Source: Octopus sinensis (Eukaryota). From it: a stretch of 64,000 bases of DNA. The notes under the pieces were generated by a model. It searched no databases. It worked only from the letters and a program-made list of their open reading frames with translations, and was not told the DNA's origin. Positions 35,082 through 48,190 of the stretch are shown in pieces. Each line of letters starts with the position of its first letter. Positions within the stretch are counted from its first letter, which is position 1. The stretch lies in assembly GCF_006345805.1 (NCBI RefSeq), contig NC_042997.1, forward strand, positions 32,116,001-32,180,000, written 5' to 3'. The translations under genes were made by a program, and so were the position numbers.

Positions 35082-36459
35082 GTGAGTTTACTTTTGACTA
35101 TATTCTACACTAATGTGTTTTTGTATGTTTTGGAAATGTAAAATATATATTTGAGTGTATATATATAAACAAAAACAGTTTGTGTGACCGACTGAAGTGA
35201 TTATGATATGAATTCAAATTTAGCAACAGGTGTTGGAAAAGATACATGAAAACCTTGGAAAAGATACATGATGTCAACTGCTTTTGTGTTCACTTTGATG
35301 GAAAAACTTTACACTTGGTTGTTATTCCTGTAACCCACTGATGTTTATTTAGGTCTCAAGTCAGCCTCTTTGATCCCATTCATTTTCCATGCTTTACCCT
35401 GAATTGAAGCTAAATCAAGCAGTTGTTAATTACTTTGCATTATTTTTTATTAATAGCATTGATTTATTCCAGCTCTGCAGTATCTATTTACAGCCTTTGA
35501 GATCTGAACTGTTGGATGTTGAGTGTCTTGGTCATGGATACAAACCATTGTCAGTGGTTGGATTAGAACTTCTGTGATTTTATTTAACACTACATCAACT
35601 TAAACTACATCGCCAAATCAGAGCCAGCCCTGGAACTTTTACATGGTTACTTAGCCTACTGGAAATAAGATACTTCTCCCACAAATCACATTTCACTCTC
35701 TTAAGGTAAAAAAGGGATACATAAGATAATGTAGTTCTAGATACACTATATCTGAAAGAAAAAGAAAATGGACAGGTCATAGATCTGCTTGGTCAGCATT
35801 GACTTCTGGCTAAACAGTAGTTTAAACCTATCAGGTAAACAATAGATCTAGTTGATCTGGGGGCTCAACAACATTTCATTTATTTTGCTGTAGATTTTCA
35901 TTTTAATGTTATCAGGTAAATTTCTTCCATGCTGGTTAAGAGAGATTTAGAATTTATAAAAGTTACACTATTCGAGCATTAATAGTTGCAACATAATTTT
36001 GTACATGTCGATAATCTAATGTATCAGTGCTTCAAGGGTTGTAGTTGAGCTTGCAACCTAGTTTTTAGTCATGATTAGCATCATTGCACATCATTTTAAT
36101 TCATATTAGTCTCTGCAAATTCCAGCTGTTTCTTCAAGCTTTGGAGAGGGATTGGGACTTCTAGGCTAGTATAGCCATGGCATCTTTTATTCCTTTGCTT
36201 GTTTCAGTCATTGAAGTGCAGCCATGCTGGGGCACTCTCTGGAAGGATTTATCTGAATAAATCAACCTCAGCACTTTATTTAAAATCTGGTACTTATTCC
36301 ATTGGTCATTTTTGCTTAATTGCTAGGTTATTGGAAGGTAAACAAACCAACATCTCTTTTCTAGCAGTGTCTGTATGTAGGGAAACACAGAAACACATAC
36401 ATATATTCATCATCATTAAACATCCATTTTCCATGCTAGCATGGGTTGAATTGATATAT

Positions 36460-36830
36460 TTGGATTGGAAGCACTCCGTCGGTTACGACGACGAGGGCTC
36501 CGGTTGATCTGAATCAACGGTACAGCCTGCTCATGAAATTAACGTGTAAGTGGCTGAGCACTCCACAGACATGTGTACCCTTAACGTAGTTCTCGGGGAT
36601 ATTCAGCGTGACACAGAGAGTGACAAGGCCGGCCCTTTGAAATACAGGTACAACAGAAACAGGAAGTAAGAGTGAGAGAAAGTTGTGGTGAAAGAGTACA
36701 GCAGGGATCACCACCTGCCGGAGCCTAATGGAGCTTTAGGTGTTTTCGCTCAATAAACACTCATAACGCCTGGTCTGGGAATCGAAACCGCGAGTCCGCT
36801 GCCCTAACCACTGGGCCATTGCGCCTCCAC
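36460..36830 (-). mobile_element. tRNA-derived SINE (family B) with TSD
   Basis: Near-identical to 20321-20706; TSD TTGAATT(G/A)ATATAT at 36446-36459 and 36831-36844. Confidence 0.85.
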
Positions 36831-37302
36831 TTGAATTAATATATGTGTGTGTGAAGGGCTTCCATGCAGTTTCTGTCTACCAGATCCATTCAAAAGGCAT
36901 TAGTCAGCCCAAGTCTTTAGCAGAAGACTCTCACCCGAGGTGCAGTGCAGTAGGACTGAACCTGAAACCACACAGTTGCAAAGTGAGCTTGTTAAACTCA
37001 CAGCCATGCCTGCACTGGGAAAAAAAAAAAGATTATTTCTACATGGCCCCCTTAAAAAACATAATCCTACCATGACGCACAACTGCCAGTTATGTATGTA
37101 TATAAGAAAATTGAGGATTCATACTGGTGGGATTTGCAATTAAGCAGAAAATGTATTCGAAATTGTTGGAGAAAGTGCAATAATGTTTATTCAAAGCTGA
37201 GTCTACATGAATTGTTAGTACAAGTTTCTTCTTTCCATTCTTCAGACAACTGAAAATCTCTGTATCTGTTTGGATAGACTCAACATTGAATAGATATATA
37301 TT

Positions 37303-37342
<40 letters not shown>

Positions 37343-37345
<3 letters not shown>

Positions 37346-37729
37346 TAGTGAATTGAAGAAATGGAGTTGAACGAAGATTGAACAGAAATCGTTTTATTGC
37401 ATTCTACACGTGTTTCGAAAGCCACAATTTACCAAATTCCGATTGAATAAGGAGACCATATTGTGTCTTTCTCTTCAATCGGAATTTGGTAAATTGTGGC
37501 TTTCGAAACACGTGTAGAATGCAATAAAACGATTTCTGTTCAATCTTCGTTCAACTCCATTTCTTCAATTTACTAATAATATTAAAATTCAATTATCCGC
37601 ACCAACGCATGGTTGCAACACCATATGGTTGTACCTCCAACCGTGCTGTCTTCTGCTGTGATTTTTGCTACCAAGGTATCGGTTAAACTTTTGATTAATC
37701 TGCAATAAGATTATTCATCTTTCTATTTC

Positions 37730-37735
<6 letters not shown>
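37343..37735. mobile_element. Penelope-like fragment with 105-bp inverted arms, inserted in (TA)n
   Basis: 37343-37447 is the reverse complement of 37474-37578. The right arm carries the hammerhead 3' half GAA-ACACGTGT-A-GAAT and shares ATCTTCGTTCAACTCCATTT with the 44991 element. Confidence 0.75.
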
Positions 37736-37772
<37 letters not shown>

Positions 37773-37877
37773 TAAAAGGATTTATTCAAATCATTCTTGC
37801 ACGTGTTACAATAAAAGTACTGCGGTATATATGTGTGTGTGTATATATGTATGCGTATATATATATATATATATATA

Positions 37878-38058
37878 TCATCATCATCGTTTAACGTCCG
37901 TTTTCCGCGCTAGCACGGGTTGGACGGTTCGACCGGGGTCTGGGAAGCCAGGGGCTGCTCCAGGCTCCAGTCTGATCTGGCAGAGTTTCTACGGCTGGAT
38001 GCCCTTCCTAACGCCAACCACTCCGTGAGTGTAGTGGGTGCTTTTTACGTGCCACCTG
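37878..38058 (-). mobile_element. RTE 3' tail copy
   Basis: (CAT)n plus conserved tail. Confidence 0.85.
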
Positions 38059-38147
38059 ATATATATATATATATATATATGTATATGCTTCTTATTTAAC
38101 TTTTAATGACAGTTTATCTATGATAAACTATAATTATTTACAGACTG

Positions 38148-39341
38148 AATAAAGCTATATCTAGCTCTATACTTAGTCCACCTGTAATGCATACCTAAAC
38201 GAAACAAATATCATGTAAGTTAACTACTTGGATATCAAGTAGATCCATAAGTACAGAGGGAAATCCAATTTAAGACAATCAGGAAATTACCTTCATCAGC
38301 TGCCTAACAAATGTCATTGTGATTTTGACACACTAAGCAAGAACATTTCTTATATTTCATCAATATATATATGACACAGTTAAAACGTGTAAATAATCAT
38401 AATTCAACTTAGATATGTTATATAACTAAGTAATAACAAAATATAAGAAACAAAGATTAACTCACAAATTGTATATGCCAATCTTGACATATATGAAAAT
38501 TGATAATTATCTAATAAAGGTAATTTTAGAAATAAACTATTTATTAATAAATATAACAATAAAAACAAACCTTGGTTTGAAGAATGACATGCAGCTTACA
38601 TGACTGCTAGCTTACAATCATAGCCAATACTATCAGAGAGTTAGTTTCCATGTTCTACTTGTAAAGGCTCCTATGCTCAAAAGAAAGAGTTCTACCACTG
38701 ACTAGAATTTGCAGAGGTAAATTAATACACAAACCTAAAGTGACAGATATCCAGTGAGAAAAAGGGCAAATCTACTATGTGGTAACATCATCTAAACAAC
38801 CCAAGCAAACATTCTAATCAGTAAATTAGAAACAATATCACTCTGCAAGCTTGATGTTGCCCTGAATGCCCTTACAATACCTTTGTGTAAATTGAAATTA
38901 CAATTAAATTGACTAATTTAATTGACTTTTTAGCATAAAAATGAACCCCCAAGAAGATTATTAGTAACCTCAAGCAGTAATTTTCCCCTCTTAGTTGTTT
39001 TTTCAAATCTTATTATTTGTGCTGCAAACACATGATATTATAGTCTGCTAGCCAAGCAACTATCAGCATAAGGCATCATTGCTACTTGAAAATTAAACTC
39101 GCTTGTCTTATTGTACACAGTAACTTTAGATGCATTACAGATGTGTTCTTGCTTTGTGTGTCAAAATCACAATGACATTTGTTAGGCAGCTGATGAAGGT
39201 AATTTCCTGATTGTCTTAAATTGGATTTTCATCTGTACTTATGGATCTACTTGATATCCAGTAGTTAACTTACATGATATTTGTTTCGTTTAGGTATGCA
39301 TTACAGGTGGACTAAGTATAGATCTAGGTATAGCTTTATTT
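38148..39341 (+). mobile_element. Penelope-like element remnant: inverted pseudo-LTRs (~200 bp) flanking a decayed GIY-YIG-like endonuclease segment
   Basis: 38148-38350 is the reverse complement of ~39140-39340. The interior (~38690-38820) translates LPLTRICRGKLIHKPKVTDIQ*EKGQIYYVVTSSKQPKQTF, resembling PLE GIY-YIG (CPL..C...VIYKA.V...YYIG.T...KQRF). The right arm has a CTGATGA core at 39190. Confidence 0.6.
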
Positions 39342-40542
39342 ACCTAAAACATCTGAATAATTAAGTTTATTAACATCCCTACCATTCCTGCTAACCTCCA
39401 AATCTCTTGGGTAAATTTTAAATAATAAACTTTCAAAGAAACTACAATTGAATGGAATTATAGTGGTAAATGGAGGTGGAGTCACAAGGGGCTTCAAGTC
39501 TGCTTGTGACTACATAGACCCCTAAAACAATTAGCAAAAATAAGGCACATGGTATCCAGTCGTACTTACCTGTAGGTGATGGCTGACTCTTAATCTGTAT
39601 GCTTGTATTTATGTATATGTATCTATGTATGTATTGCCACCCTCTTACTTTTATCTCACCTCTTACCCTTATATCTCTAGGAACCCTCTACCTTCTTTTT
39701 CCCTCACTGCACCCTTTGTTTTCTTCTTGCCCAATCCCTCTTTCCATCCTCTCCATTGCTTCCCCATTTAGCATGCTTTCACAGCATTCACTCTCTGCTC
39801 TTCCTATCCTTATTTTACCCTCCAACATCTCTTTCACTCACTGCTCCAAACTACTTCACCTCAATGGCTGCCTCTTTTTCTCTCCCCCGCTGTCCTCTCC
39901 CCACAACTTCTCTGCCTTCTCAACACCAATTTGCATCTTTCTCACTCAGACTTACCACCATGGTACTACCCTGCCCTTATTCACCTACCTTTCTTTCAAT
40001 GACCCTCTTAGGATTCTTCTCCACCCTTGTCTATTTCTCTCCTGCCTCTGTCCCCTCATACTGGTTATGTATACTTACCTCTTATAATGTTGGGTTGCCC
40101 TAACCCCCACCTTAGACAATAATCCCTCTCTACTTTCAAGGCCACCCCTGCTTTTTTCTTCACTGGCCCCTCAGTAATCCTTTCCCTCTCCCTTGTTCCC
40201 TGCCCACCTACAAATCCTCTCTTCTTACCATCCTCCATTTTGCTCCCTAGAGTTATTGCTCACACTCTCTTCTATTCCCCTTCAGTTACAGGGGCCATAT
40301 TCGGCCCTCAGCCTTTAAAGTTATGAAGTGATCTTTACTAGTGCTTGTGCCATGAAAAGAAAAAAATCATTTATTACAGTCTGAAAAGTGGTTGGCATTA
40401 GGAAGAGCATCCAGCCATAGAAACCATGACAAACAAACAAGACACCGGCATATGATTCAGTCCTTGGACTTATCAAGATCCTGTTGGAACAAGATATATA
40501 TATGTATATGCATGCACACATACACACACAGAGTATTCCTGT

Positions 40543-41041
40543 CCTTAATGGCATGTCATCTTTGAAGAATTCTTGACTCTTGAGAATTCCTTTCCCTCTT
40601 ATATGGAGCTGGTTCCAATTGCCATTTGGTAACTGCAACATATTCTCTAGAAGCAAAGCTAATTTGAATAACTTAAGATTTATGTTGTATGGTATTTGGT
40701 ATATCTGCATTTGTCTGTGTTGTTCAAATGCATGCCACTTGTTACTCTGAGTTATTTCTCATAGCTCATTTTTATTCAAATTATGCAAATTACCTAAGTA
40801 AGAAATGTTTATTCATTTTTTTTCTCCTTATGTCTAAGTCCCTTGACTACTGGAAATAAGGGATGACAATTGTCTTTTTCCTCAATGGCATGTTGATTTC
40901 AGATAATTCTTGGTTCTGGGAATTCTTATAAGGAGCTGGTTCTAAATGCCATTTGGCGATTGTAACACAGCTTCTAGAAGTGGAGCTAATTTTAATAAAC
41001 CCAAAACTTTTGTATGATATTTGATATACTTATATTTGTCT
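40543..41041. repeat. Degenerate direct repeat (~170 bp, offset ~335 bp)
   Basis: TCCT.AATGGCATGT...AATTCTTG...GGAGCTGGTTC...TGCCATTTGG...TCTAGAAG...GCTAATTT...TTGTATG.TATTTG.TATA...ATTTGTCT occurs twice. Confidence 0.7.
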
Positions 41042-42129
41042 AAATATGTATATAATGCATGCATGTGTGTGTGTATGTATATATATATAGGTTATACCAA
41101 TTTATGCAGATATGTTTACTTATATGTACACACACACATATAATGCATTAGTGTTATATTCCTTCTGAATGCACAGTACTTTTAGTACATCTTAAGTTTT
41201 GTTAACTAATTTGTCATCAAATTTTTAGCGCCCTACTGTGACCTTTTGAATAATTTAAATTCTTCCACTGAGTTGCATTGTACGAATATTATGTTGTAAG
41301 CGATATCTCTATGTTGTCAAGTATGTGTTTCTGTTTGTTTTGTTACTGTTTGTTTGCTTCTGTGCCGAGTTTTTATTCTTTATCTTCATCTGCATAATAA
41401 CGTTGGTTTTTTTTTGGGTTTTTTTTGAGAAAAGAACATGTTTTGGCTTAGAACATAATGCAGTATCTATTGCAGGATTAAAGCCTATCTAGATCCATAT
41501 AGCTACGTGCCATATGATCCCTTTTATCATCTCACTTAATGCCTTTTTTTTTTTTTGGTTTTTTTTTTTTTACCTATGTAAATATATTTTCCTAATTTTT
41601 CTCTTGCAGTTCTTTTTAAGTATATATGGTTTTTAACACTATTATTTATTTATTCATTCATGTGCCCAGCCTCCTTTCTCGAAAAATCTGTTCATAATTA
41701 TACTTAAGAAAATATTTTGGATATTCTCATATATATATATAAAGTGTGTATAAAGAGCAAAATTTGGTCTGTTGCCAATCTTTTTATTGAACAAACAATT
41801 TCTCATTGATGCCTTACTGTCACACTGTTTTGCTATGTATCTCACTCACTAAAAAATTGGCACCTTACTTAGGTATGATATCAAAGAAACTGATATATCT
41901 TGTTTCTCATAGCACTTCTATAGTAATGTTTTATTATTTACTATTATAAAGTAATGTATAGAGCAGTGAAGTGAAATGGAATAGCAGAGATACTTTCAGT
42001 ATATTTACCCTCTATATTCTGTGTTCAAATCCTACTAGGCTCAACTTTGCTTTAAACTTCTCTGTGGAAATGGAGATAGGGTGGGGCAGCAAATTGCACT
42101 GGAGTTTCATTCAGCTTTGGGTTGTTCTT

Positions 42130-42515
42130 ATTCTTTTACTTGTTTCAGTCATTTGACTGTGGCCATGCTGGAGCATTACCTTTAGTTGAGCAAATCAACC
42201 CTTATTTTTTTGTAAGCCTAGTACTTATTCTATCAGACTTTTTTGTCAAACCACTAAGTTACAGGAACGTAAACATACCACCATCGGTTGCCAAGCGATG
42301 CCGGTGGGGACAAACACAGACATACAAACACACACACGCACACACACACACACGACGGGCTTCTTTCAGTTTCTGTCTACCAAATCCACTCACAAGGCTT
42401 TGGTCAGCCCGAGGCTATAGTAGAAGACAATTGCCCAAGGTGCCATGCAGTGTGACTTAACCTGAAACCATGTGGTCGGTAAACAAGCTACTTACCACAC
42501 AGCCACTCCTGCACC
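42130..42515 (-). mobile_element. tRNA-derived SINE (family A)
   Basis: Reverse complement of the 21085/61580 element. Confidence 0.85.
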
Positions 42516-44647
42516 TAAAAAAATTAGGGACACATAAATTGGGTGAAACTTTTTTATTCTTTGCTTGCTTCTGTCATTCAACTGCAGCCATGCTTGAAGG
42601 GATTTTTATTTTAGTCAAATAAATTGATTCCAGGAATTTCTTTTTATAAGTTTGATACTTATTCTATTGGTTTCTTTGTTAAACTGCTAAGTTATGGGGA
42701 TGCTATTTGTCAAGCATTTAACATCTGCCTTCCATGCCGGCATGGGTTAGACAGTTTGACAGGAGCTGGCCAAGCAAAAGACTGCACCAGACCTCTGTGT
42801 CTCTTTTGGCATGGTTTTTATGGCTGGATGCCCTTCTTAACTCCAACCACCCAGCTGAGTGGACCACATAGATATATAAATATATACAACAGGTTTCCAC
42901 ACAGTTTCCTGACTAAGTGTTGGTTGACCTGAGGCTAATGTAGAAGACACTTGCCCAAGGTGCTGTACAGTGTAACTGAACCCAAAACCACAAGGTTACA
43001 AACTGAACTTCTTAACCACTCAGCCAGAAATTGTGCACACCCCCCTCCAAAAAAAACATAGCCATCTTCTGCTAGTGAGTATAGCTTGATAGTAAGTACC
43101 ATACTTCTGTTAATTCTTTTAAGTGAGCACATAGTCATGAACAAACACTCTTTGGCCTTCTGCCCTTTGATCTAGTAGAGCATCAAAGATGTGACAACTG
43201 GAGGGTGAGATGAGTGCACCATCACTTGACTTGTAGAAATGAAGTGCCTTGTTCAAGGACTTAATGCATTGCTTGATACAGTAATCAAACCCACACTCTT
43301 ATGATAATGAACCCAACACCCTAACCACTTGGCCACATTCCCTCACAGAAATAGTGGATTGTTGAATTGGCTGTGCAGTTAAGAAGCTTGTATTGCAATC
43401 ACCTGGTTTCAGGTTCAGTCCCACTGCATGGCACCTTATTATTCAAGTTAAATTCTTTATGCAGTCAGCTTTACTTTATAAATAATATTCTGAAGTTGAT
43501 TCAATCTGCTGTTGTTTCACACCTAATAAAAAAAAATATGGTCATTATCTGCATCATCATTATTGACTTTTTCTAAATCAATCTCAGGCCTAGTAAATTG
43601 TTTTTGTTTTGATATTTGTAGACATTTGCACATGAAGGTGTGCGATACATATTTTAATTGCTTCTCTGCTTTGTTACCATAAGCTTGTATTAAATTCTCT
43701 AAATGTTTTTGTGCTAAGATTTCACACATGCATATCATCATCATTATCATCACACATGCACAAAACGTAGCTTCTGAATGGGCACTCAATCTGCAAGAAA
43801 TAACAACCAAATCTTCGTCAAACCACACCCTGTCATTTATGAATGAAAAAGAACCCATTGGTTAATGCAGTCCTCAGTAAAAGACAGGATGGTCATGGAG
43901 GGAGTACCCTTTGATTATAGGTTTGTTTGATTAATACTAACTTGGACTTAAACAGTAATAACACAGTGTCCCTTAGGCTAGGAAAGCAAAAATGGAAATT
44001 TTTGTTTTGTTCATTATATAATACTTTTTGAAAGTCCTCATTTTGAGCTCTTTGGGTGAAGCATATAACTTTCCTTGCCTTGTTTTGCCTGGCTGTCAAT
44101 TTTCCTTCCTGCTTTACAGTTGAATCATTAGCAAAAGATTTACTGCAATTAAAAGCAAAAATTAACCAATATCAAGTTGCAGATGTGAATGTAAAGCAGT
44201 AATGTATCTGTTTGTTTCTGTGTGTACATGTGTTTATATGGTTGTGTGGTTAAGAAGCTCACAATGTATCCACAGTTTTGGGTCCAGTTCCACTGTGTGG
44301 CACTCTCAGCAAGTTTCTTGACTATTGCCCCAGTTCAACCAATTCCTAGTGAGTGAATTTGGTAAATATTGAAACTGTGTGGAAGCCCTTCATCTGTACA
44401 TGTGTGTGTGTGTGTGTCTTTTTGCTTGTGAACATCTCCCCCCCCCCACCACGACTGCTTGGCAACAGATCTTGGTTTGCTTACAGTCTTGTAACTTAGT
44501 GGTTTTGGCAAAAGAGAGCTACAGCATAAATACTACACTTAAAAAAATATAAGTACTGGGGACAATTTGTTTGACTAAACCCTTGAAGGTGGTGTCCCAG
44601 CATGGCTGCAGTCCAATGATTGAAACAAGTGAAAGACAGGATATATA

Positions 44648-44808
44648 CACTAGCGTAGCTGGCGGGATTGGAGCAGTCTGCCCTGCACAGCACTTTTAAA
44701 GGGGCACCACTTTCAGGTCTGCTGTAGGCAAAATGTGTTTTTTGTGGGGTCCGGGGATAGCAAACGGAAGGGCCACTCCAGGCAGCACACACTCTAGCTA
44801 CACTAGTG
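44648..44808. mobile_element. hAT-like MITE (161 bp)
   Basis: TIR CACTAGCGTAGCT / AGCTACACTAGTG; 8-bp TSD GATATATA at 44640-44647 and 44809-44816. Confidence 0.8.
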
Positions 44809-44990
44809 GATATATATATCCCTCTCTATTTGTTCTCTACTTATTATTCCTTTAACCCTTCTCTTCCTAGTATCTGCCTTTGTCGTCAAATCTACTAACG
44901 GTTTTTTTAAATACTTAATAACGTTCTGTTTATCATGTAGGCAGTCATCGTAATTGTTATAATGTCTTGTTGTTGAGAGAGGCTCTCTTT

Positions 44991-45072
44991 CTTTCCTGAT
45001 GAGAAGATTGCATTTTACACCGTTTATTGCTTTGGAATAAAACCATGTTGTCTTCGAAACATATGTTGAAAG
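44991..45072 (+). ncRNA. Intact minimal type-I hammerhead ribozyme (Penelope pseudo-LTR type), in a fragment of ~44820-45125 flanked by (TA)n
   Basis: CTTTC-CTGATGA-GAAGAT(41-nt loop)GTCTTC-GAA-ACATATGT-T-GAAAG: all core residues canonical, stem I 5 bp, stem II 6 bp, palindromic stem III. Predicted cleavage after GUU at 45067. Confidence 0.8.
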
Positions 45073-45122
45073 TAAATGAATTTTATTAACATCTTCGTTC
45101 AACTCCATTTATTTATTTATTC

Positions 45123-45160
<38 letters not shown>

Positions 45161-45543
45161 TGGATTCTCATACTGCTTTCAACATATGAGGGCCCAATTC
45201 CCAGGTATTTGACTACCCACACAGATGATTCATTTCCATTTGTGAAGGCTTTTGTAGGAGCAGCCACACATTTTGGAAGTGTTGATAGTAGAAAGTTGGT
45301 GCAACTGTTTGCCACAAACTCTGTTAGTTCCTCATCCCCTGGGTTTTTACATTCACCGTAGCTTAGAGTCCAACATGCCCTGATAGACTAAATATGCACC
45401 CAGGTATCAAACAAGAAATTTCTAAGTCTCATGTATACATACATGTGTGTGTGTGTGTGTGTGTGTAACCTATGCTGTAGATATATAGATAGGGCAAATT
45501 TAGCTATTTCTCCATAAATTGAGAAAATGATGAACAGCTTTAA

Positions 45544-45764
45544 CCCTTTCGTTATCATATTTATTTTGAGATGCTCTGTGTTTCTTTCAATTATTTTAAA
45601 TATAACAAAGAATTTAGTAAAATAACATAGCTATCATTAAGCTAGTGTTAGGAATATAAATTGCAACTAATGTTTGGTGGTATATTTTGATGCAAAACTT
45701 AGGAAAACTAGACATTTGTACTACAGAGTCAGAGCTGGTTTTGGCCGGGTTAGTAACGAAAGGG
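45544..45764. mobile_element. piggyBac-like MITE (221 bp)
   Basis: TTAA at 45540-45543 and 45765-45768; TIR CCCTTTCGTTA / TAACGAAAGGG. Confidence 0.85.
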
Positions 45765-46658
45765 TTAATCAATTTTCGAATTTTATTGACTTCTCATCAG
45801 GGGTATCTGCATTACTCTAACCAATCTCAGAGAAATTAACAGGCAGTCCATTTATATACTCCACAAATCCAGTAGCTACTGAGAACAGCAGCTACTTATT
45901 TGCCTATCATAAGTGTTTAGCATTTTATTTAATACCAGCAACCTGTCCACAGGGATCTTAATCCACACAGTATCAGGGCATTATATATGTAACCTATATA
46001 GTAGATATACAAACAAGGCAAATTTTGCTATTTCTCTGTAGATTGAAAAAAATTAGGTATAGCCGTTAATCAGTTTTTGAATTTTAGATTGAGGCAATCT
46101 GCTGTGCTAGAGAAGGCCTATCCAGCTAAATAAAATTGAAGCCATAAAGACTTGTCCATTATGTCCATGCCTCTGGACACAGTCTGTCCCTGACAAACCT
46201 GTCCCCCACATCTCTTTTTCCTAACACTTCTTCCTACCCCCACCCATATTCACCATCACTGTGTTCCCCTGCCCCCTGTCTCCTACTCTCTCTTGCTAAT
46301 CTACTTGCACACAACATGCCCCTGTTGAGTCTCTTTCCCCACAACATATCTTCCTCACATCCCCTCCCTCTACCTGTGCCCACCCGCTCTCTTACTACAG
46401 TTTCTCCTTCCCTCCATCTTCCAATCTCACCTTATCCAACCTGTTGTCCACTTCAGTATATACACCTTCCTGTAACTGGGATGTATGCACCACCACATCT
46501 TCACCATCTTATCTCTCTCTCTCTCTCTCTCCAACTTATGTAGCCTCATATCTCTTTTATTTTTATGTATTATTTACATGCACACTTAGTTTAAATACAT
46601 AAAATACTTTCTATACTATATCCCAGATTCAGTTTAAAAAGAAAAGTTTAAGTATTTC

Positions 46659-47369
46659 ATCATCATCATCATTTAACATCCGTTTTCCATGCTAGCATGG
46701 GTTGGACGGTTTGACTGGGGTCTGGGAAGCCAGGAGGCTGCATCAGGCCAGTCTGATCTGGCAGTGTTTCTACAGCTGGATGCCCTTCCTAACGCCAACC
46801 ACTCCGTGAGTGTAGTGGTTGCTTTTTACGTGCCACCGGCACTTTGCACACATTCAGTCACAAAATGCTGTTTATATGCAAGTTTAATGTACGTTGTGCA
46901 TGTGCATATACATTGTATGTGGGTATGTATATGTATGTGTGTGTTGAATTTCTTCCTTAAATTCCACTTTCAAGGCATTGGCCATTCCAAAGCTTTCAGT
47001 AGAATACACTTGCTCAAGATACCATACATTGGAGCCAAAACAGGTGATAAAGCAAGCTTCTTAAGTGCACAGATTCCCTCAGAAGTACCAATATGAAATA
47101 ATACATTCTTTTTTTTTCCCCTTTGTGTGTTAGTACTCAAAGGTGGTACCTGACCACTGTCTCTTCACATACTTGCACATACCTCCTTATATTGGTTCAT
47201 ATAAGTGTAGGCATGGCTATCATCATCATCATCGTTTAACGTCCGTTTTCCGCACTAACACGGGTTGGACGGTTCGACCGGGTTCTGAGAAGCCAGGGGC
47301 TGCACCAGGTTCCAGTCTGATCTGGCAGTGTTTCTACAGCTGGATGCCCTTCCTAACGCCAACCACTCC
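46659..47369 (-). mobile_element. Two short RTE 3' tail copies (46659-46841 and 47221-47369)
   Basis: (CAT)n followed by the reverse-complement conserved tail, in both copies. Confidence 0.8.
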
Positions 47370-48144
47370 ACTATGTGGTTATGAAATTCATTTCATGTCT
47401 GCAGCAAGTTCTGGGTTCAACCCCACTGCACGGCGCCATGAGTGAGTGTTTTCTACCATAGCCTCAGATTATCAATAACTTACGAATAGAGTATCGTAGT
47501 TGGAAAGTGTGTCAAAACCTGTTATTTGTATGTATATATCTTTTGCCAAGGAATATCAGTGAATATAGTAAACATCTGAGAAAACCTAAAAGGCGAGTGC
47601 TCTGTAAATTAAGCCCTTTGGGATATTTACTTGTACCGAGTTACAGACACTCTCTTGGCATCCCTGTATTTAATAACAAATGAAAAGATTAAGAAAATAT
47701 ACACAAAGACATATATATATATATATATATGAAGGTGAGAATATATATTTTATGTGTTTGTATTTATATATAATTTGAGTATATAATATGTATACCGATA
47801 TATGTGGTTATATGAGTGTGTGTGTATTTATATTAGACAAAGAGAGAAATATAAAAATAAGATTAATAAGTAGTTATACAAATGAAAAAAAAAATGAGAG
47901 ATAACAATATGTGTTTATATGTATTTTAAACTATTAACATATGTAAATAAACAGAAATGCGTAGAGATAATGAGAGCCAGATGGGAATAATCATTTATGT
48001 AACATATAAAAATGCAGTCATGCTTACAGGAAAAGAGAAAGAAGTTGAGAAAAGGAGAGATCTATCATTGGCTATAAGTGAATGGATGAGACTTCACAGT
48101 ATACAGTTGTAGAGTGTACATGTATATATATATATATGTATGTA

Positions 48145-48190
<46 letters not shown>

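Noticed and set aside
35082-35113. C-terminal end of the 781-aa ORF as a single-exon gene
   Set aside because: A consensus donor G|GTGAGT after 35081 and an abrupt shift to T-rich sequence indicate read-through into an intron.
45765-45805. Hammerhead on the minus strand (CTGATGA-GAA...TTC-GAAA)
   Set aside because: Core and a 3-bp stem II are present, but stems I and III are not convincing at the reconstructed empty site. The GGG that could pair comes from the MITE end.
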